The notes beneath the pieces were generated by a model, which ran no database searches, had not been told where the DNA came from, and was given only the letters and a program-made list of their open reading frames with translations. Position numbers and translations under genes: made by a program. From Octopus sinensis (lineage: Eukaryota), in NCBI RefSeq assembly GCF_006345805.1, contig NC_043019.1, positions 3,658,001 through 3,722,000 of the forward strand: 64,000 bases of DNA, in the 5' to 3' direction. The number at the start of each line of letters is the position of its first letter. Within the stretch, counting starts at the first letter, position 1. Below, in pieces: positions 61,822-64,000 of the stretch.

Positions 61822-63663
61822 ACTCTTTACTCCTTTCAGTCATTTGACTGCGACCATGCTGGAGCACCGCCTTTGGTCGAGCAAATCGACCTCGGGACTT
61901 ATTCTTTGTAAGCCTAGTACTTATTCTATCGGTCCCTTTTGCCGAACCGCTAAGTGATGGGGACGTAAACACACTAGCATCAGTTGTCAAGCAATGCTAG
62001 AGGGACAAACATATACACACACAAACATATACACACACAAACATATACACACACAAACATATACACACACAAACATATACACACACAAACATATACACAC
62101 ACAAACATATACACACACAAACATATACACACACAAACATATACACACACAAACATATACACACACACAAACATATACAACACACACAAACATATACACA
62201 CACACAAACATTACACACACACAAACATATACACCACACACACACATATACACACACACAAACATATACACACACACACAAACATATACACACACAACAA
62301 CATATGCACACACACAACATATGCACACACACACAACATATGCACACACACACATATGCACACACACAAAACATATGCACACACACAAAACATATGCACA
62401 CACACACACATATGCACACACACAACATATGCACACACACAAAACATATGCACCACACACACATATGCACACACACAAAACATATGCACACACACAAAAC
62501 ATATGCACACACACAAAACATATGCCACACACACAAAACATATGCACACACAACAACATATGCACACACACACAACATATGCACACACACAAACATATGC
62601 ACACACACAAAACATATGCACACACACAAAACATATGCACACACACACCAAACATATGCACACACACAAAACATATGCACACACACAAAACATATGCACA
62701 CACACAAACATATGCACACACACAAACATATGCACACACACAAACATATGCACACACACAAACATATGCACACACACAAACATATGCACACACACAAACA
62801 TATGCACACACACAAACATATGCACACACACAAACATATGCACACACACAAACATATGCACACACACAAACATGCACACCACAAACATGCACACACACAA
62901 AACATGCCACACACACAAACATGCACACACACAAACATGCACACAACACAAACATGCACACACACAACAAACATATGCACACACCAAACATGCACACACA
63001 CACCAACATGCACACACACAAACATGCACACACACAAACATGCACACACACAAACATGCACACACAAACATGCACACACACCAAACATGCACACACACAC
63101 AAACATGCACACACCACACAAACATGCACACACACACACAAACATGCACACACACACAAAACATGCACACACACACACACACAACATGCACACACACACA
63201 CAAAACATGCCACACACACACACACAAACATGCACACACAACACAAACATGCACAACACACACAACATGCACACAACACACAAACATGCACACACACACA
63301 AACATGCACACACACACAACATGCACACACACACAAACATGCACACACCACACAAACATGCACACACACACACAAAAATGCACACACACAACAAACATGC
63401 ACACACACCAAACATGCACACACACAAACATGCACACACACAAACATGCACACACACAAACATGCACACACACACGTATATATATATATATATATATATA
63501 TGACAGGCTTCTTTCAGTTTCCGTCTACCAAATCCACTTACAAGGCATTGGTCGGCCCGGGGCTATAGCAGAAGACACCTGCCCAAGATGCCATGCAGTG
63601 GGACTGAACCTGGAACCATGTGGTTGGTTAGCAAGCTACTTACCACACAGCCACTCCTGCGCC
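61822..63663 (-). mobile_element. SINE family A whose internal microsatellite has expanded to about 1.5 kb
   Basis: 3' half at 61822-62005 and 5' half at 63480-63663 flank the satellite. Confidence 0.85.
62006..63477. repeat. CA-rich satellite in three zones (16-, 18- and 16-bp units)
   Basis: CAAACATATACACACA, then CAAACATATGCACACACA, then CAAACATGCACACACA. Confidence 0.95.
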
Positions 63664-63787
63664 TATATGTGTCGTATATATTGTGATGCTTGTGTAGACA
63701 AGTAATTTATAGAATGTTTGAAAGAAAAACTTGTTTGTAATTTTTTCCTTTTTTTTAAAAAATACCTTTTAAATTTCTCTCTCTCAG

Positions 63788-63946
63788 GATACACCCCGTC
63801 AAGTACTCTGCCTGGTTACACTCAAGTTACATCAAGTCTATTCACACCCATTAGTGCCAACCTGGGGCTTACACCACAACAGCAAAACAACTACAATGGG
63901 CCGGCTGCTAGTCTTGGTGGCTCTGCCCCTGGAGCAATTGGTTCTG
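63788..63946 (+). CDS. pum: pum exon (159 nt, phase 1-1): GYTPSSTLPGYTQVTSSLFTPISANLGLTPQQQNNYNGPAASLGGSAPGAIGS
   Basis: tctctctctcag acceptor, CTG|gtaagt donor; SSLF and LGG resemble PUM1 SSSLFSQ..SLGATLG. Confidence 0.9.
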
Positions 63947-64000
63947 GTAAGTAGAAGTGATCTTGGGGATCATTTTGCAGACTCGCTAGTATTTCTTCGT

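Larger units (their letters stand above)
31837..63946 (+). other. pum: Pumilio (PUF family) gene, N-terminal coding exons; gene continues beyond the window (PUM-HD not reached)
   Basis: 12 AG/GT-bounded exons join with compatible phases into one stop-free frame. The peptide aligns by eye with PUM1/PUM2 N-terminal motifs ([81 protein letters not shown]). Confidence 0.95.

Noticed and set aside
61984-63705. 400-573 aa His/Thr- or Cys/Val-rich ORFs on both strands
   Set aside because: They are translations of the CA satellite inside a SINE; the lack of stop codons follows from the repeat composition.

Overview
AT-rich, microsatellite- and transposon-dense animal genomic DNA. The repeat families look like those of octopus/coleoid cephalopods; this is recognition, not a database search. 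The window holds the N-terminal two-thirds of a Pumilio (pum, PUM1/PUM2-like) gene on the + strand. Twelve GT-AG exons from 31837 to 63946 splice into one open frame of 1708 nt (569 codons + 1 nt). They include the conserved [21 protein letters not shown] and PGYQ..AYYDQNG..PVRLVSPAPV motifs; the PUM-HD RNA-binding domain lies beyond the window. A CpG-rich promoter-like region at the window start is followed by about 29 kb with no confident coding exon. The introns contain an internally deleted piggyBac with a transposase remnant, two TTAA-targeting MITE families, hAT MITEs, non-autonomous Helitrons, several tRNA-derived SINE families, and CR1, RTE and HERO-like LINE fragments. The most notable observations are: (1) minimal type I hammerhead-ribozyme folds from three repeat families, one with a canonical core in the sense strand of the presumed pum pre-mRNA; (2) a Helitron family whose fully palindromic 3' terminus occurs in both loop orientations (flip/flop); (3) a 69-nt cassette exon with no vertebrate counterpart that I recall, plus a candidate poison exon in a UACUAAU/UGCAUG cluster; (4) MITEs with tandemly multiplied right halves and SINE dimers with a fixed junction. 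All long ORFs in the track built on microsatellites are spurious. Coordinates were counted by hand; exon boundaries were checked for phase, and repeat boundaries may be off by a few bases.
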